Of a stretch of 64,000 nt of DNA, positions 34,571 to 48,572 are shown in pieces. Below the pieces are notes generated by a model. That model was not told the DNA's origin. It saw only the letters and a list, made by a program, of their open reading frames with translations, and made no database searches. The translations under genes and the position numbers were made by a program. The DNA lies in NCBI GenBank assembly GCA_030704615.1, contig CM060733.1, forward strand, positions 52,142,001 to 52,206,000. The letters are read 5' to 3'. Source of the DNA: Takakia lepidozioides (lineage: Eukaryota > Plantae > Bryophyta). Each line of letters starts with the position of its first letter. Within the stretch, counting starts at the first letter, position 1.

Positions 34571-37500
34571 CAATAATTAACCACCAGACATGCTTTAAGG
34601 AATTGGCCCAAATAGAAAATTCCCTAAGCCCGAGCTTCTGGCTTGGCTATGGCTTGTGTGACATGAGCAAACATTTCGAAAAGTTTCACAATTCATATGG
34701 CGTGAGCACATTTTAGTTTCACCTAAGTATCTTCTAAGAATATTCTTTGTATTTTTTTATATATCCTCTTGTACTCGCGCACATGTTACCCAACCTCCCC
34801 ACACATTAAATATTAATTTGTTTGACCTTGTTACTCCTAGTTTCTTATAATAGCTTGGTCTCATGGCAACTTGCAAGTGCAAGTTTGGTTGTCGCACAAC
34901 CATTTTTCATCTATCATGTAAACATCACTGTAAAAATAATGAGGGACAGTCCCCATGATTGTCACGCCCAACGGACAAAGCTATGAGGAAACCAGAGCCG
35001 AGGGCAAGGAGGTCTTGAGCAAAACTAGAGGCCGCTCGACACTAACAAATATTATAACCTTGAAAGTCAGGGAACATAGTGGTAGAAGGGCCAAAAACTT
35101 TTTGACCTACCACTCCCAATCGAAAGGGAGACCCAAGAGCAAGGATAGTCAGTACCTAAAAATGCTAAGTTCATTGAAAAGACCTCTCAAGTGAAGCAAT
35201 GGAATGAATCAGTATAAGATGGCTAATGCCACAGATACATGTGGAGGGATGTGATGGGGCAATGATTCCGCCAAATGCCGGAATCATTGCCCATGCATAA
35301 TGCCCGGACAAAACAAATTCGGAAGTGGAATGTAACTTTTATTAGCTCCTCTTTATTCTAAAGAAGAGACTATGCATCACTGTCAGAAACTGATGATTAA
35401 GCTCATGTACGGTGCCTCCCCAGGTGTCTACGCATCAGTGTCTGCAAAAACCGCAAAGCTCATGTTGTGTCTTCCAGCCCAGGCGTCTACGCATCAGTGT
35501 CAAAAACTGCTAAGCTCATGTTATGTCAGGTGTCATCTCCTCTGTTTTGCTGAAAACTACTTCTACGATGTGATAAAACCTCATTTAAGTGACACCACAG
35601 TTCTTAAACAACTTCTGATAAATAAATGGATGAATTTTCAGCATGAAAGTAGATTACACTATTCACAAGAAGGAGCCATACGCGACTAGCAGCTTGTTTT
35701 CTAAATAAGATTAGTATTATAATAGCAGTACCAACTAGTCGGTATAAGCTGAGTTAGATAGAGCACCAAATAATATTGGGTTCAAATCCTACTACCTAGT
35801 TTCCACCTAGTTTTGTTTGGTATTATCATATTATCTTCTCCCCCTACCATAATGGGGTAGTGGCCCATCCTATGATTAATCTTCGTAGACGGAAGCACAC
35901 AAAAGGGAGTGTCACTCCAATTGGTGAAACTTTTACAGCTTGGTATACAAAACTTAATTATGTGTATAGAGTTTTTATTTTTTTATTTTATTTTTAATGA
36001 CGCCACAATGACATCAAATATCATCTAGTGATATGGAACAGGGATCACATGGACTGGGTGACATAACAATCCAACGAGATTCAAACCCTATATCTCATGG
36101 TTACCATCACCATCGCCTTGTAGCCAACAGACTACTCAACGCTATACAACAACTAACGACATTCTAAAATGTTTATTAGTGGATATAGATAAGAGATGGT
36201 GGAAGGATTTGACAGGGCTTGTTGGAGGAGCCAATGTTGTTCTTGCAAACATAAGTTTGACATAGATTTGCGTAGGCCTAACAATGCCAACTTTTCCATT
36301 CCTCGTGCGACAACATAATACATTGAACATTAGAATCACCGGAGGTGCATTTTATATGTCATTGCTCACAAGCGTAGTCAGTCTCTTGCACAACTGGAAT
36401 CAGAGGCTCGTCATGAAGATCTGCAATTGATGGATGACATGGGCTCATTAGTGCCTACGAAAACGTTTATCCTTAAAACGAGGAAACACCATTGAATGTT
36501 GTCCTTGAAATCAGTGAATGTACTATCAGATTGTATATTTGCATCACGTTCTTACATTATTCCAATTGTTTTCTATTCATGTAGTAATTTAAAGAAATGA
36601 CTAGGCAATCTATTGGATATATAATATGGCTTGACTATGTGTTTGGGTCTACAACTACCTTAATGTTGAAAGTAAATTGGAACTTACAATTCCTCGTACA
36701 TGCCTATAAAATGTACCTATTCGTATGCAAAAATATCACTTTGGTTACAACTACATTAACGTTAAAAATAGCTTACATCTTTGTCTTCATATAGCATGCA
36801 AATAGAAGGTACTTAGTCATACCGACAAATAATATGACTTAGGTCTATAACTATCCTAACATTAAGATAAGCTTGGATCTTAATCTTTGTACATGCCTAA
36901 TATAGAAGGTACATAGTTATAGGCCCAAATATCACTTGGGCTATAACTACGTTAACGTTAAAAATGGCTTCGAGACCTTAGTCTTTATATATGTCTATAA
37001 AAAGTACCTAATCATACCTACAAATATTAATAGGATAAAAGCATTATCTAACACCTCTTTGTCCATCACTCTCCTCTCAAAGATACTATCGCCCATCGAA
37101 TATATCCATATTTTAACTATAATCAATATGATGGACTATATCCATCTAGTAGACAAAACTATATTCTAGTGATGTCTTCTCCATCCATTTAACTACCCAA
37201 ATTGCTCTAAGAAACTACCAAACTACAAAAAGCATATACATCATGCTCCAAAGATTGAGACGAACTGGCAGTGCTTGGCCATTTACCTTGATTTCAGAGT
37301 GGCCTAGGGAACACTTCAAATAACACTGAAAGGAGGTTGATAGCAGGTGAGCACAAAAAATTGCAATGGGGTAAGCATGTTTCCACTGAAAATAGAATAT
37401 AAAGGACAGACATAGGGTTCCATGTGAATATGCACTTTTACTGTATATTTACAAGTTCCAAGTTCCATATATTTACAAATTGTTATTTTGCAAAGGATAA

Positions 37501-40049
37501 CACAGTAGTGAAAAGAAAGTCATAAATACCAACACCATCCATAACACAAAAATAAACAAATAGTTAATTTGACAATTTCATGTAGTAAAGCACACCATGG
37601 ATTTCGCCAAGGAAATTAATCAAAGAATCTAGATTTTTCCAAGATTGTATTAAAGAAAAATTGGATGATGAGGTGTCATCTAACGTTAGGTTGATGTATT
37701 TTGCTAACGAAATTTTCGTGATTGTTGCAGCATGTCATTGTCCAACATTTTTGTGGGCGAAACAAAATGAACCATGACAACTTTCGCATATTAGGGGCTA
37801 CTCTGAGCGACAACATATGACAAATTATCCACATCGCTGAGGCAACTACATAATGGTCCTTATATGTAACTATATCAAGGCTACATAGTCTATATCACAA
37901 CTCTATTTGGTTTGTAAGATCCGTCAAACTGTATTTCAAAATTCAAAATTCAAATACTTACCATATTAGTACCTAATCATCTCCCCCTTAGTTTCCATTT
38001 TCGTGGCACAAATTCAATGCTTCCATAATGTTGCAGATGGAGGTTTGTTTTGCATTCATATGCAAAGATATTGCGTGAGCGGTAAAAAATTGGTAGCGGT
38101 GGTGCAATTTGTGGATATGGGGTTATGTACTATGGAACGGGCCGCAACATGACATTGTGGTGGGTAAGGTGGCGGCGAGCCAGAGGGCGAGCTGCCGCCC
38201 GAAACCGCCACAATGGCATGTTGCGGCCCATTCCATAACATAAAGGATTGCGTCTGCCGCCCTCTCATTGGCCTGCAAGTCCTAATCAAACACATTATGT
38301 TTCATAATGTGCTAATGCAAATGGCATAATGTGCGAGTGGCATTAGGCGTAAATTTCTGCTTTTTAATCCTCCTCCAAATACGCCATACTGGGCAGGCAA
38401 AATCCTTTACGAGTTATGAATCTTGCGACCACACACATGAGAGGTTGTAGAGTACTAAGGACATCACTTATTGAGAATAGAGCTCAGTCAGGCTCTTGTT
38501 ATAAATGGGAACAAACTGGAACAAATTTAACTAGCGAAACTCTTTCCCACTTTATTTTGATGGATGAAATCTCATGCAAACTATTAACTACTTAACTTGG
38601 CTACGCAATCTTGTCATTCTGTCTACTGAAGCAACTTTTTATTGAAAGTGTTTGGCACCCTTGGTGTAGTAGTGGATCATATTAGCATATTATTTGAATA
38701 TTTAGAGAATATGTAGAATAATTTGGTACGCACATTACATATGTCGTCATTAGACATATGGCTAAAAAACATAATGAAAAAAAAATAATCATGTGCACCC
38801 GAAACGTCGTCCAATATGTCCCAGAGTAATACGGAATTCAACGGAATTCATCCAATGGTTGAACGGATGGTTGCCCATCCAAATCATTTTTTCAAACTTT
38901 GCCAGTACGTTCAGTACACCCTCTCACATGTCCCGGACTAATATCAGATCAATCGAAATTCATTCGATGGCTGAGCGGATAGTTGCCCATTCGAACGATT
39001 TTGGTTCGCTTTCAAACTTTGCCATTGTGCTCAATGTACCATCTCAGAGGTCCCAGAGTAATATGCCGTTGTGCATATTACCTAACTTCAAGAGTTGTTT
39101 AGGCCTTGAATCTCATTCCTCTAATCTCCGTCAGAGTATGAGAGAGGAGGCCTACAGATTGAATCTTTGTCTAACTTTGACAAATCATGCCCCAAATATA
39201 GTCCCTACCAAGATTGACAGTAAAGACCACTGAAAGCCTCTTGGAGGCACAATTTGTGAGCCGGATCCAAACCATAGTTAGCAAAGGTGGCTGGATCTGA
39301 TCTCTAGTTTTTAAGCAAATGAATATACTAAATTTCTGTACACTTTTGAAGAGTTTGCAAGCCCTTATGGGCCGGGTCAAATACTTGTTTCCATGGACCG
39401 TGCTTGTGATCTTTAAAAGTACTTACTATGCGGCTCGAAAGACATACTAATCTTCACTTCACTTGGTGTCTCATGAAGGTTGTCAAACAACAAAAAGTCA
39501 TGATTAGGATGATTCTATGACCATCATTCGCCCCGGAAGAGCCTGGGCTTTGGGAACTGTAGGTCTCATAGGAACACATATCCATTATACTATGCTTGGA
39601 GGATAGTACCATATTTCCATCATTCAATTTGCTTCAAACATTCTTATGAATAATTGAGTGGGTCAGTTGGCAAGCACGCATGAACTTCAAGCATTCAATC
39701 ATGTAAAGTGGTAACTCAAACAAGCCACTAGGTGGGTGCATTTTGTAGTGTGTTGTTAGTAGCAAAGCACTAGTTACAACCATATGTGTTGATGAAGTAG
39801 GCACTCATCAAGACTCTACAGCAGTCGTTTGTCCTGAATGTCTCAAAGAATCAGATGAAGCATCATACAGTTCATCCCTGTACTGCAAGCCGATTTTACT
39901 GTGACCTGGAAGTTGATTTTGGAAGTATTGTACTCAGGCGCTTGACTTTCCCCCATGATTGTGATTGACAACACTAACATGGCAAACAAGTGTGTAGGTT
40001 GGCAGTGGACGTTTGTTATAAGGGATGGACATTGAGCACCTGCCATACA

Positions 40050-41996
40050 TCACTTTGAAAGAGGCACATTCTTTTCATCTTGTGCACTGACCTTTCCTCC
40101 ATCTTCCACTGACTCACGCAATGCTTTCCGCAATCCAAACACAATGAAGAGATTGGTAATAGTCAACAAGGACTCTGCTCCTCCATGCAGCCAGTCCACG
40201 TTTGATAATGACGTTCCATAGTGGACCTTTGCTGCAGCATAACATGTCAGCGACCAGCTGTCAGACAACATCAAATATAATCCTTAGTATGTGCCTTGCA
40301 ACCATTGGAAGCAGACAGGGCTAGAGACTCTAGAGAACAAACATTAAAAAATCGAATGAGGTTTGACTTCCTTGCAGAACACACCATGACAGTAAAGACG
40401 TACAGTCAAACAAGGGATTGGCACCTCACATTCAGTAATGAGTTAGACAAAGCTTACCATAAATGCCTGCAGGAACTGCTCCGACGGTCAAAACATACCA
40501 CCAGCCCACAACAAAGCAGTCATCCACCTAACCATAAACTTGCGCCTGCCAGGTGATGAGCAAGAGTGATTTTGACAGAGACCAATACATGACCCAGCTA
40601 CAGAGAGTCATCACTGTTTCACTGTATGTTGGGCCCATATGTTGCAACTTCTACCATTAATGCCCATCAAAAGACCTTCACAAAACATGCCTTCAGGATT
40701 GAGGGACCCACAATCACAGTTTACATATCCCTAAACCAGCTACAGTCTTCTTGTAATCGGCACACTGAATGAAACTGCTGGCCATCCTCCAGACTATCAA
40801 TAATGAAAGGGAAACAGAGAGAAATTCAGTAGAATTTGCCCTAACCCTGTGACAACCAGTTTGGACAGCAGTTTGGACAGCAGAGGGGAGGGAGGAAAGG
40901 ATAAGAAAAGGAAGTAAAGGTGAAGCCTATGCTCCAAATTTTACAAAGGCAGTGTATTTGCCAACAGAAAGGTTGCACGTTTTTCAATCATTTGAGATTG
41001 TGTTTCCCGGGAAGAAGAAACTTGAGCAAAATGAAAGAGGTGGGTGGTGCCACTAGGTGATCTCCGAACAGCCTATGCACAAAGAAAAACAGCTGTGGCA
41101 AACAAAGGTGGAGAGGGCTAAGGATGATCGTTGGCGTTGCCTGCCAGCTTGAAGGCAATGCCTCAACGAAAAACCTATTGGACCTACTCACGAAGACACA
41201 AAAGCCTGCCAGCAGGCATTGTTTTCTTTCAAAAACTGCATTGTCCCCTTTTTGAGCGAACTCAAGTAGCGCTAATTCTATCGTCATCATCCTCTCCTGC
41301 ATATTACTCTCAGTTGCTCCGGAGTTGCCCTTCCGCAAAGTAATGCAGCGGTGCAATTGTCGCTGTGACTTGGGCATCACCTATTGCACACGAATTCTTC
41401 GTGTGATTGGTTCTGTGGGCTCTATGGAGCAAGCATGTGATGCCCTTGTGCATTTTGCGCTACTGGATCCCAGCAGCGTCACTATCTATGGAAAGCCAGC
41501 CGCTCCCAAATCACCCCTACGACAGAAGGTAAAATATTTGCGAGAATCAAAATAAACGTCCGTTTCTAGCTTGTACGCATCAGTTCATTGAATGACAAGA
41601 GATGGTAGGAGGACACAATGAGTATAGGGGTCAGGAGGTACTTGTGGCGCCAACAAAAGCGAGCAGGAAGTAGAAACCAAACAGCGTGAGCTTGGGGGCA
41701 GTCTTGGACTTCGTAAGGTGATAGAGAAACCCCAGGTACGGAAACAATGAAACCGCAAACAATGTCGATGCAACGCTTTGAGTGTCTACATTGGGAGCCC
41801 AAGGATCCACTGGCAAGAATCCCACTATTGCCTGTCGCTTGCCTCTCCCTCCCACGTGGAAACCCTTCGCCAGCTGCGGCCTTCTCCGACTGCACCTAGC
41901 TAAATAACTTGTCCGTGAAAGCGTACTCGGGGTCAGGCCTGTATATCCGGTGAAGATTGCAGAGTGCCTGGTGGGGCAAGGCAACGACCCCATCAC
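40050..41996 (-). CDS. DUF3593 family (plastid membrane) protein, 3 exons
   Basis: Exons 41996-41642, 40475-40458 (18-bp microexon) and 40231-40050. They give LFAVSLFPYLGFLY..LFGFYFLLAFVGATIPAGIYAKVHYGTSLSNVDWLHGGAESLLT, with a transit-peptide-like N-terminus. Confidence 0.88.
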
Positions 41997-42609
41997 TCTT
42001 TAGCTGCCTTGCGTGCACTACTCCAAGGCCTCCAACGCCAGATAAGGAAGACAGTCCAACAGTCCTTCTGACGAACGATCTGCCAAGACTGCTTCCAATT
42101 TAAACGCTAGAAATTGAGACAGCTCACTAGTCCATCTTCACCGAAGCGAAAGGTAAGAAAAACATCCCTGCACCTTCCGTGGTGTCTGGGGAAGTTGGAG
42201 CAGATTGTTCAAATGCTCAAGTGAAGGTAACGGTTATCTAGATTATGAGACTGCAATTGAGGCCCACTGACCCTAACTCCGGTGAACGAAGCTGGTTCTG
42301 GAATCACTACATTCGAACGACAACATCAACAAGATATGTAGATTACATTACAGGAACATCTCGGAGTGCAGGGTCGTGAATGGCAACCCAAGGCAACCAA
42401 CTCTGAGAGTAATATGCCCCACTTTGATGTGTCGAAATATTTCCCCCCAGAGGTCTCGTTGCCATTTGTTGCTTATGCTTCGTGCAAACATGTGATCACT
42501 TCAAGAAATCACTTCCAAACAAACCATACACCAAAAATGAAGCCTGAGCATTCAACTCGGAACTGTCAAAATCAGCTGTCAGAAAAGTATGTGAGGAGAG
42601 TAAACTTCT

Positions 42610-42790
42610 TTCTCATCATGTCCAAGGCATTCTTACCACACCCATGCCTGGTGAAGACTGCCATCATTGCATTCCTCATGATCAAAGCTCGTTCAGGTAG
42701 AAAAACATTTGGCTTGAATCCACTTAGGATTCTGTGACCATGCACCTGCTTTCCCACTTACAGGCTTTCATCTTGATGCACTTCTGCCAT
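42610..42790 (-). pseudogene. PLS-PPR gene fragment paralogous to ~60556-60815
   Basis: GKQVHGHRILSGFKPNVFL|PERALIMRNAMMAVFTRHGCGKNAL matches the downstream PPR gene, with most of one S motif deleted. Confidence 0.85.
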
Positions 42791-42917
42791 AAGTGCTGAA
42801 ACATTATGTCTGTGAAGGTTATGAAAGCTTGTGTCTAGGCCCTTTGGGCCTCATATGGACATAATTGGTTTCTTTATATTGCCTCCACCTCAACAAAGAC
42901 AAAGGAGTTTGTTTTGA

Positions 42918-45912
42918 CTAAACGTTAGCATAGTCTCCAACCCGCATTCCAACAACCATCCAGCAATCCTTGTAGGCCCCAGTTTGGACCTGCAATCATT
43001 CGAAAGGGACAGTCAGCCATCACTGTGCGTCAAAAGCCTCTTTCTCCCCAGGAGTGAATGGGCAGGGGACGGAAGGCACACAACCCAACCGTAGTATTAT
43101 TCACTGTTCCATCATAGAAGAACAAGGAAAAGAAGAACCATTAAACTCTAATGTGACCCAGAATGCCCTCTGCTCCCACTGGCCAGAGATTCTCTAAGCC
43201 TCCCAGATGCACCAGTGGGTGATGCTTAAGGGGAACAATTTATCAGTAAATCTACTTTAATTAAGCCGTTATGCTTCATATCAAGGCTAGTATTTGTTGT
43301 AGGTGGTGGTGAAACAGAACTCAAGAGTGAATGAAAGGCTTTCAAGTACCTTTTCTAGACAAAATGTATAGACACGGGTTTTGTCATCCCCTTGATCCCC
43401 TTGTGTGGTCACTCTGATTGCCTGCAAACCTCGTCGATCGGCTGGTCCATGGAATATAAGTGGAGATGCCACCTAAGCCAAATCAATCCCATGGCATGAA
43501 GAAACAACATATGGGGGAGAGCTCCGATGAGTGACGTGGAAAATGCAGGGGACAAGAAAGAATGCATAAGGATTTGTTCGCTGTAATGTCAAGAAAGTCA
43601 CACTTGTAAAACTGCAATTTTGGGGTGTGCATGCACGTTGGGCTCACTGTATTTATCACACAGGTCTTAAGGTCCTATTTGTGCAGCCTCTTCCGGCAAC
43701 TTTGTGAGGATAACCTCTGCAGGTGGATCGGATGGTGTCGACAGTTCTGCAGACAGTTTGTGTCTAGAGAAATGGGCTAAGTCTGCATGAGACTTTGTGG
43801 GTGCCTGAATTGGCTCACTTTTGGCATTACAGAGCACTTCTGCTTGCAGCCAAAGCCTGCCAGCAAGAGAATTTCCAAGGATGTGGTCCTTGGTGCCTTC
43901 ATAATGGTTGCCAGAGATGTGTTCAGCAATGGCTCCATTTATTTCTCATTCTGGCCCTCAATTCTCACACCCAGAATACGGTGCTGATTGGGTAACAACT
44001 GACTTCCAAAAGCCATTTCCAAACGGATATTTCTGAGGTTGCTGTCTGCATTTCCCATGACATTTGAATAATTTTCCAGAGCCTCTGTTGAGCAACCTCT
44101 TCCTAAGGGGGTCACATCTAATAGAGGATGCATGGATTATTACACCGACGGAAGGAAGAAAAAGAAACTTTAAAACATCCACAGCCATGCTAGAATATGG
44201 ACCAAACTGTATGAGCCAGCATATACCAGATGTATTTTCAGCCTCGTACCTTCTGAACTGAAGCCAAATGACAATGGTTTGTGCTACAGCCTAGGTTACC
44301 TCCCACTGTGAACAGTTGATGATTGCTGAGTACATGGGCTCCCGAAGAACATTGCTGAACTCGTCCAAACTCAAATATCTCTCAGTTGCATTCCAAGCCC
44401 TGGCAGCATCCACTCCTCCATGCACCTACACGGCAAAACTTCTGTGACCGTTGCACTACTAAATGGCTTTGTCATCTCCTTTACTCTAGCAACCACTGCG
44501 AGAATTGCACTTAGATTGGTTCCAACTGAATTACATAGGCTGCTCCAATGCTCACTTGGAAGAACCATCAGTAAGTTACCTTTTAGAACCATGAAGGAAC
44601 AGCTCAATTTAGGGCACACTATACCTGGCCAGCAAGTATCTCATCAACACGAGCAGGCATTGCAAAGGCAAATGCTGTTTTGATGCCACTGTCCTCCTCC
44701 GGCCAGTCATTGCGCATCAAGGCATCCATCTGATATACCACAAGAAACATGAACAAACTTGTTAATTTACTCTGATTTACAATTGTAATGAATCAACCAA
44801 TGACACTGATATGGTGTCCACCTGAACTTCAGGCAACAAGGCATAAATTGCCATGGAGAACGGATTAAGTCACAGTGAGATAGGAAGATGGGAGCTCGGG
44901 TGAGAAACTTAAATAAGAGCTGACCTGCACTCTGACGACAGTGCTGGGGGGCATGAGTGCAGTAGGCTTACGGCCCTCCAAAGGCCACGACTGTTGTGTT
45001 GCATCAACATATTTCATAAATTCTGCTAACATCGTGTCAGACTCAGCACCCTCTGCATTGTTCCCTGCTTCATGAGAAGTGATTACAATCTGTAAGATAG
45101 CCCCACTGGGCTAGGCTGTGTCAGCTGGACCCACAATCTCATTTTTGTTATTAGAAAGAATGATCAGTTGGAAAAGAGAAAGGAGATATTTTAGTCTTTA
45201 GTTTATCATGACAACTTATCTGGAACAGTGTTTGGAATGCAATTTTTCTTGAGTTGTTCTCTCGTCCCCCCTTCAGTCTTCCAATCCAGAATGGGCATGG
45301 GGTTTATGGCTCTTTCTTGAAATCAGAATTTAAAAAGTAGGTGTACAGAGTTGATAGATTAATTTCGCAGCTTGTTTGAATCTAGCTTCATTGATATTGG
45401 GCACATGTCGATGATCTGTTTCTCTGCCAATCAACAGCTTAATGGGGCAATATTTTTCATGTCCAATCAATGCAATGCAAGGTAAGATTTTTCCTCCCTC
45501 CACATGTATCCTAGTCTATTTACTGCTTGACTACAGACGATGCCAGATAGTAAACGAAACATCCAACCAGGCCTGAATTGCATGCAGCCTGATGAACCAT
45601 CACTCAATTAAAACTGGAATTTCAAGTTTCAGCTGGAATGCCACTTTTTCCCCCAGAAAATAGAAACGAGAGGAGTGGAAATAAGGGAGGGGAGAGAGAA
45701 GAACCAGGGCCAACATGGGCAAGCACATGAGAAAGCGAGCGCTGGCGTCGGTAGCGATGGGCGATGCAAGTGGCGAGAGAGGCACAAGAAAACAGACGTG
45801 TACTTGGGCCACCCCTGCAGCTTCTGCTGGCCGCCCTAGAGACACCAGAAGCGCAGGTCGACGCCCAAGGTATGGGACAATGCCGCCCAGGCGCGACCGC
45901 CATAGCTGCCAT
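42918..45912 (-). CDS. DUF4864-like organelle-targeted protein, multi-exon
   Basis: GT-AG exons 45089-44925, 44729-44625, 44425-44300, 43472-43350 and 42989-42918 give PSTVVRVQMDALMRNDWPEEDSGIKTAFAFA..Y.AIINC..YTFCLEKVQTGAYKDCWMV. There is a transit-like exon from 45912 whose 3' boundary is uncertain. Confidence 0.78.
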
Positions 45913-46072
45913 CCCAAGTAAGAGAGGAAACTGCGATATGAAGACCCGTTATGTAACGGAATCAGAAAATTCAATATGCGTCGTTAACAAACATAGTACA
46001 TCGAATGACGCATGTACTGAATACTGAACACATGGCTCCTGTACCCTGACAGAAATACATGAACATACCGTA

Positions 46073-46985
46073 CTGACCTAGCTTATTAGGCACTTCCGCG
46101 CCTAATAATTAATAAAAATGGAATATTATTAGGCAGATTCGTTTTTATTACTTAGGCACCTCACCTAGGTAATTTTCAAACATTAGGCATGTATTACAGT
46201 CGAACCTGGATAATAGTGAACAATTATTTTTGACCTCCATCAAAAACAATTGTTGAGGTAATTTTCTTTTGAAAAAAACATAATGGTCTTGAAAATAGAT
46301 ATTACCTCAACAATTGTTTTTGACGGAGGTCAAAAACAATTGTTGAGGTAATTTTCTTTTAAAAAAAACAATGTTTGATAGAATGGCTGCAGTGAAGGCT
46401 GTATGTACTAAACCCTAAACCTTTCCAACTGTTCGTTGGTTGTATGAGTCTTGCGTGGAGGTGAAGTGCCAACCGGAGATGATTTTGTCAAGTTGGAGAC
46501 TTTGTGGAATTTTATAAGCATTTCAAGATGCCTTTCAGAGTGAGGCAATGAAGCCAATTTGTTTTCAAACCCTGGCACCCAAGTGAGAGGAGATCTTGTC
46601 ATGGAGGATGTTCCTGATGTCTACCTTGATGGAAGTGTCATTGAGTGCAAACATGTATATCAAAGGATGATGATGTTCCTGACCTTAACATTCTCTCAGA
46701 TTGAGGAGATTCACATGAGACTTATGAAGATGCAGTTGCATCAATGCAGGGCCCTTTGGAATGAAATTATAAATTACAGGTATATTTGCCATTTTTTTGG
46801 ACTTTAAGTAATACAATTCAGGCAATTTTTCCACATATTTAGACATTTTGGTGTTTTTCACAATTTTCGATCAATTAGGCACTTCTCAGGAAATTTTCCA
46901 AGTTTTAGGCACATTTTCCAAAAATGTTCTAAAATTAGTTAGGCACCTGATTTTGAATTAATTACTGCCTAATAAGCTAGGTCAG
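46073..46985. mobile_element. Tc1/mariner-type non-autonomous element (MITE) with 20-bp TIRs and TA TSD
   Basis: TA|CTGACCTAGCTTATTAGGCA ... TGCCTAATAAGCTAGGTCAG|TA. Internal inverted repeats at 46218-46370. It sits in a region rich in CTGGTAT/ATACCAG repeats (to ~47490). Confidence 0.85.
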
Positions 46986-48572
46986 TACCAGTGTTGGTCT
47001 GGTATATAGGTGAAGGACTGGTATAAAGTACTGGTATATGCACTGGTATCAGATACTAGACCAGTCTGGTATCATTTGGGAGAATACTTGGTCATATACC
47101 AGACCAAGGCTTGGTATCAGTTTTTTCATACCATCCACAATACCAGTACTTCCCCGCCGTCTTCCTCATTTACTCTGGTATGTATACTATATAGTTTATG
47201 TGTATATATGCCTACATACTTGTATTTATGTATATTTATTTATATTGTATTTGTTTTCACTTGATACATGCTAGTGATAAACTTGTAATTCAAAGATGGC
47301 TTTGGAATGATACCAGAATTGATATCTCGTACCAGCTGGTATTGTGGTCATGATACTCATACTCATACCAGTATGTAGAGATTATACATCCACCATTATA
47401 TAGACCAGACTGGTATAATTTTTTTGTGATATGTCTGGTACCAGTCTGGTATGTCCTAACCCTGATACCTGAACAACACTGGTCAGTACGGGTACTCACA
47501 TTTCTCGACCGCCACATGTCGGTCATAAAAACCGGCGGCCCAGAGGTGACCGAGACGGAAAAGGTCACCGTCTCAACCGGGAGTCACCGGTGGGGACGTG
47601 ACGGATACCGGTGATCACAAGTCTTCCTAGACTGTCGAGTTGCTGGCGACCGGAAAAGGTCCCGGTCGGAACCGTTGAACGTCACGGTTGTGCAGAGCGT
47701 CGCGTTTTCTTAGGTCCAACGGGTGCTCTTTCACGCCCTTCTGCCACGTGGTTATCTTCTTCCGTCGGATGTAAGATTAGGATAATCGGGCCGCTCGTGT
47801 TAAAGGATCGGCCCTGTTTAGGTAGGACGGGGCCCACTATCTTGTAGGCCGAGATAAACCTCTCTCGTCTCGCTGTCTGGCTCGAGGCGCTTTGGATTGC
47901 GAGGAATGGAATTATTAGGTTTGAGTTTGGGAGAGGCCATGTTGCTGTGCGGTGTACTGTACTTGTGTACTGAGACAGAATTAATGAGGGATTCGTTTGA
48001 TTCTGGGAGATTATTGCAGACTACTCAGTGGTGTCACTTGTTTTGTCCGTATGTACGAGCTTTAGGTGTTGGCCGTCTGTGTGAAGGTGTTGTCTGCCAG
48101 AGATTTGTGGCTGGAGGAAAGATGCCAACGGAGGTCTGAAATCGAATTGAAGAAGATCTGCGCTTCTTTACAAGGATCTTTAGTACTCAGGTGTTTCACA
48201 ACTTGCGGAAAAAGAATGTATAGGTTTTCTCCCTGTGCCTACTTGGAGCTGGGTCACGCGAACAATGCCGGAATCAGGTTGGTCGATGTAATGTGTGACG
48301 TTAATCCTCGACTGCTTGATTGTTGGAGCTTGAGAGACTATTGATCTGCAGCTATTGTAATACCATAGAACCGAGTGAAGCAGATTGGATGAGCCTCGGT
48401 TTGACGCTGGCAATTTCACTTTTTGAGTGCTGAATTGGGCATAACTGATAGAATGATCACAATATTATGCCTTAAACCCACGTACTACCCTAGGGTTTGG
48501 TTATGGGTGAGTCTTATGGCCATGTGAGGCTGATTTTCATACGCTGGAGTTTGATGGTGGCGAGGACTTTGA

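Noticed and set aside
35740-36140. tRNA genes (B-box-like GGTTCAAATCC and a reverse-strand counterpart)
   Set aside because: No cloverleaf or anticodon arm; at most decayed SINE heads.
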